Shown piece after piece: positions 15,266 through 17,708 of a stretch of DNA of 17,708 nt. Origin of the DNA: an uncultured Bacteriovoracaceae bacterium (lineage in GTDB: Bacteria > Bdellovibrionota > Bacteriovoracia > Bacteriovoracales > Bacteriovoracaceae); the NCBI GenBank assembly GCA_964012805.1, contig CAXGUD010000066.1:1-17708 (forward strand). Reading direction: 5' to 3'. Under the pieces are notes generated by a model. It saw nothing but the letters and a program-made list of their open reading frames with translations, was not told where the DNA came from and made no database searches. Both the position numbers and the translations under genes were made by a program. Position 1 is the stretch's first letter. Each line of letters opens with the position of its first letter.

Positions 15266-16303
15266 TTAATCAAACCACTTCCAATTTTTCATCTCTTGAA
15301 AATACTCAAAGTGATTAACCTGAAAAATTTCATCCTTACTTCTTGGAATAGCTGACTTCAATCCTGACCAGCGCCTCGTTCTTGCTGCTGTATATTTAAA
15401 ACCTGGGCCCGATTTAAACTCATCACAAGCAATACAGGGCTTCAATTTTCCATCCTTGTCTACATTAGCTCCTTGCATATTATTTGTTATAAGATTGATT
15501 AGACCATACTGTTTTATACAAGTTCCTATACACCTTTTCTTAGTGTGATCTCCATTATAGGTCCAGCTTTCAACACAGTATTCACTAAATCCAACATCTC
15601 TCATTAAACATTTCTTTGTCATATTAAGAGTTAACTTTTTACTACAATTTCTAACTGGGTCTGTTAAATCTGGCATGGCTATATAAATGGCAAGGTCTTT
15701 AAGAGAAGAACAGGTTCCACATTTATAACGATGGGTGACTTTATAACCGGCCATTTTTGCTTCTTTAATGTTTTTAAATGATTTAAGCTTGTAATCTCTT
15801 TCATTATTTCCTAAAAACTTAAAAGCACAAACTGAGTTATCAGACTTAAGGTTTGAAAACCATTTCGTAATGACTTCCTGGTTGTAATAACTAATTGTTT
15901 TTCTTTTTTTATCTAACTCATATTCTAAAATATTTTTGGGAAGGGGGTATTTTAAATTTTTTAATGTTTTGTATTTTTCGACGTACCTTGGGAAATAAGG
16001 ATTTTTAGTTTTAAAACCAACTCCATTAACGTACTTAAGCCTTCCCATAAGGTTAAATCTTCCTTTATTTTCCTGGTCTAATTTAAGCTCTTTATAAATT
16101 GCATGACCATTTTTTAAATTTGTTTTTAAAAGCTTCTTAACCAATTCCATTTTCTTGGGGTTCTTTTTAAGAAAAGGAATTGAATCAATTTTCAGTCTTC
16201 CAATTTTACTTTCAGCTTTTACAGAAAGATGACTGAAAAAGAAAAAAATCAAAAAACATATAAGTGAACCAATACGAATTTTCAAAAGCAATTTTTCCAC
16301 CAT
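15266..16303 (-). CDS. Secreted Cys-rich hypothetical protein (conserved domain of unknown function)
   Basis: Signal peptide ending VKA. The C-terminal half has 10 Cys with motifs TH..CGTCSSLKDLAIY, C...W.YN..HT...C...C and PCIACDEFKSGPGFK..ARTRR.SGL.SAIPR. Confidence 0.8.
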   Translation of the reverse strand: MVEKLLLKIRIGSLICFLIFFFFSHLSVKAESKIGRLKIDSIPFLKKNPKKMELVKKLLKTNLKNGHAIYKELKLDQENKGRFNLMGRLKYVNGVGFKTKNPYFPRYVEKYKTLKNLKYPLPKNILEYELDKKRKTISYYNQEVITKWFSNLKSDNSVCAFKFLGNNERDYKLKSFKNIKEAKMAGYKVTHRYKCGTCSSLKDLAIYIAMPDLTDPVRNCSKKLTLNMTKKCLMRDVGFSEYCVESWTYNGDHTKKRCIGTCIKQYGLINLITNNMQGANVDKDGKLKPCIACDEFKSGPGFKYTAARTRRWSGLKSAIPRSKDEIFQVNHFEYFQEMKNWKWFD

Positions 16304-16458
16304 GTAAGGCCCCGATTAACTTAACAAAAAAATGTACATCCAATAAAAAATTTAATTGGATTATTTAGTTAATTATCGACTTAGGAAAAAAAAACACAAT
16401 AAACAAAGAAAATTTTTTGATAAAAGTAACGAAATTTTGAGCCATTGTTGAATAGAAA

Positions 16459-17382
16459 TTATCTAATTTTTCCCATTTTACCATTTTTATAATCGTCAAT
16501 GGCCTGAATAATCTCTTCTTTTGTATTCATAACAAAAGGGCCATAAGCAAAAATAGGTTCTTCAATAGGAAAGCCGTTTAAGATAAGAATCTTAACTCCG
16601 GTTTGGCCACTATTAATTGGAGGGGAAGAATTATTATTTATTTCCTCTAACGCCTGCAGCCGGATTTTTTTACCACTTCTTTCAAAAACGGCCAAGTTTA
16701 ATTCCTTTAAACTTTTGTCTTGAACTTTTAGTTTCCCTCTTAAAACAAAGATGAGGGTGTTTGTTCCCTCCTCTAAGTCAAACTCGCAATCCGTGTTATA
16801 TTTTAAATCTAAATCAAATACCGTCATTTTTGAGTGCGTTAAACAAGGTCCCTTCTTTCCCATAAAGTTTCCCGCAATTAAACGTGCTTTAGAATTGGGG
16901 TTTATTTCAATGCGGGGAAAATCCTCATCTCTTATGCCTTGATAACGATGAGGACCCATTTTATCCTTTTTAGGAAGATTCACCCAAAGCTGAACCATTT
17001 CAAAAAGACCGCCCTTCTTAGTACTTTCTTCGGAATGAAACTCTTCGTGAACAAGACCTTTTGCAGCCGTCATCCACTGAACACCACCTGGACCGATCCG
17101 TCCACCTCCTCCACCTGAATCACGATGGTCTATTTCTCCAGAGTAACAAAGTGTGACCGTTTCAAAACCTCTGTGAGGATGTTCACCAACTCCACGTTTC
17201 TCAGTTCCCGGCGGAAAGTTCTTAGGAGGGGCATAGTCCATGAGGATAAAAGGAGAAAGGTATTCTCTAATTTCAGGAGCTGGATGGAAAATAGTGTGTA
17301 CGTTAAAACCATTTCCTACCCAATGTTTTTCGGTAGGACTTGTAATCCATTTAATTATTTTGTCCTTTCCTTCATTGCCCAT
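16459..17382 (-). CDS. Pirin-family (bicupin) protein
   Basis: PFILMDY, HPHRGFETVT, HRDSGG, QWMTAAKGLVHEE, QLWVNLP, GPFVMNT..EI.QA..DY. AGGAAAGG SD upstream. Confidence 0.95.
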   Translation of the reverse strand: MGNEGKDKIIKWITSPTEKHWVGNGFNVHTIFHPAPEIREYLSPFILMDYAPPKNFPPGTEKRGVGEHPHRGFETVTLCYSGEIDHRDSGGGGGRIGPGGVQWMTAAKGLVHEEFHSEESTKKGGLFEMVQLWVNLPKKDKMGPHRYQGIRDEDFPRIEINPNSKARLIAGNFMGKKGPCLTHSKMTVFDLDLKYNTDCEFDLEEGTNTLIFVLRGKLKVQDKSLKELNLAVFERSGKKIRLQALEEINNNSSPPINSGQTGVKILILNGFPIEEPIFAYGPFVMNTKEEIIQAIDDYKNGKMGKIR

Positions 17383-17468
17383 TGATAGATTGCCTTTCCT
17401 CTAAAAAAGGGGTGAAAAAGCTTCACCATACTTTACTTTATTGTATCCTGAAAAAGGTTTAACCACTT

Positions 17469-17708
17469 TTAAAAAAAGTCCGTAGGTCCTAAAGGTATAA
17501 TCCTTTGGGGGTTCAACATTTCATGACTGTAATAATAATGCCTTTTTATATGATCAAAGTTAGTCGTTTTCTTGACGGCCTCTAGTTTGTAGAGGCTTTT
17601 GGTGTATTTTGAGAGGTTTTTATAATCCTTTATTCTTTTTAAATTACATTTAAAATGAGTCACATAAACTGGATCAAACCTTAAAAGGGTTGGAATAAGC
17701 CTTAAGTC
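17469..17708 (-). CDS. yqjG: Glutathionyl-hydroquinone reductase (Xi/omega-class GST), 3' end only
   Basis: The frame is open to the window edge: DLRLIPTLLRFDPVYVTHFKCN..RI.DY.NL....T.NFDHIKRHYYYSH..LNP.RIIPLGP, the conserved YqjG/ECM4 C-terminus. Confidence 0.92.
   Translation of the reverse strand, partial: DLRLIPTLLRFDPVYVTHFKCNLKRIKDYKNLSKYTKSLYKLEAVKKTTNFDHIKRHYYYSHEMLNPQRIIPLGPTDFF

Noticed and set aside
16338..16361. Inverted repeat ATCCAAT-N10-ATTGGAT upstream of the Cys-rich gene
   Set aside because: Short, AT-rich and a single occurrence; it cannot be distinguished from chance.
16751..17385. ORFs 16751-16942, 17125-17385, 17130-17312
   Set aside because: They overlap the pirin gene in other frames or strands and have no independent support.

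Overview
AT-rich bacterial chromosomal window, most likely from a predatory Bdellovibrionota (Bacteriovoracia-like). That assignment is an inference from an R-x-P-A-S secreted protein and a membrane-anchored CheA-like kinase. In order, the window holds: the 3' part of a large modular surface protein (Cys-paired Ig-like repeats, F-type lectin domain, 7-blade beta-propeller); a 7TM-DISM/HPt/CheA-type kinase lacking CheW; an alkyltransferase-like protein; a Delta-9-type desaturase; three small hypothetical proteins; a rhodanese; a catalytically degenerate PI-PLC-X protein; a histidine/serine-decarboxylase-family PLP enzyme; a second Delta-9-type desaturase; an alpha/beta-hydrolase + sensor kinase + OmpR-family regulator operon; tRNA-Phe(GAA); a Cys-rich secreted protein; a pirin; and the 3' end of yqjG. 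The strongest hidden signal is an identical 16-bp direct-repeat box (GTAAAAGAATTGTAAA, 11-bp period, OmpR/WalR-type architecture) in the sense orientation upstream of BOTH desaturase genes, about 6.4 kb apart. It lies next to an intramembrane-sensing kinase/OmpR pair, suggesting an undescribed two-component membrane-lipid desaturation regulon. One desaturase leader also carries four GGAAG (CsrA-like) sites. No mobile element or CRISPR array was seen.
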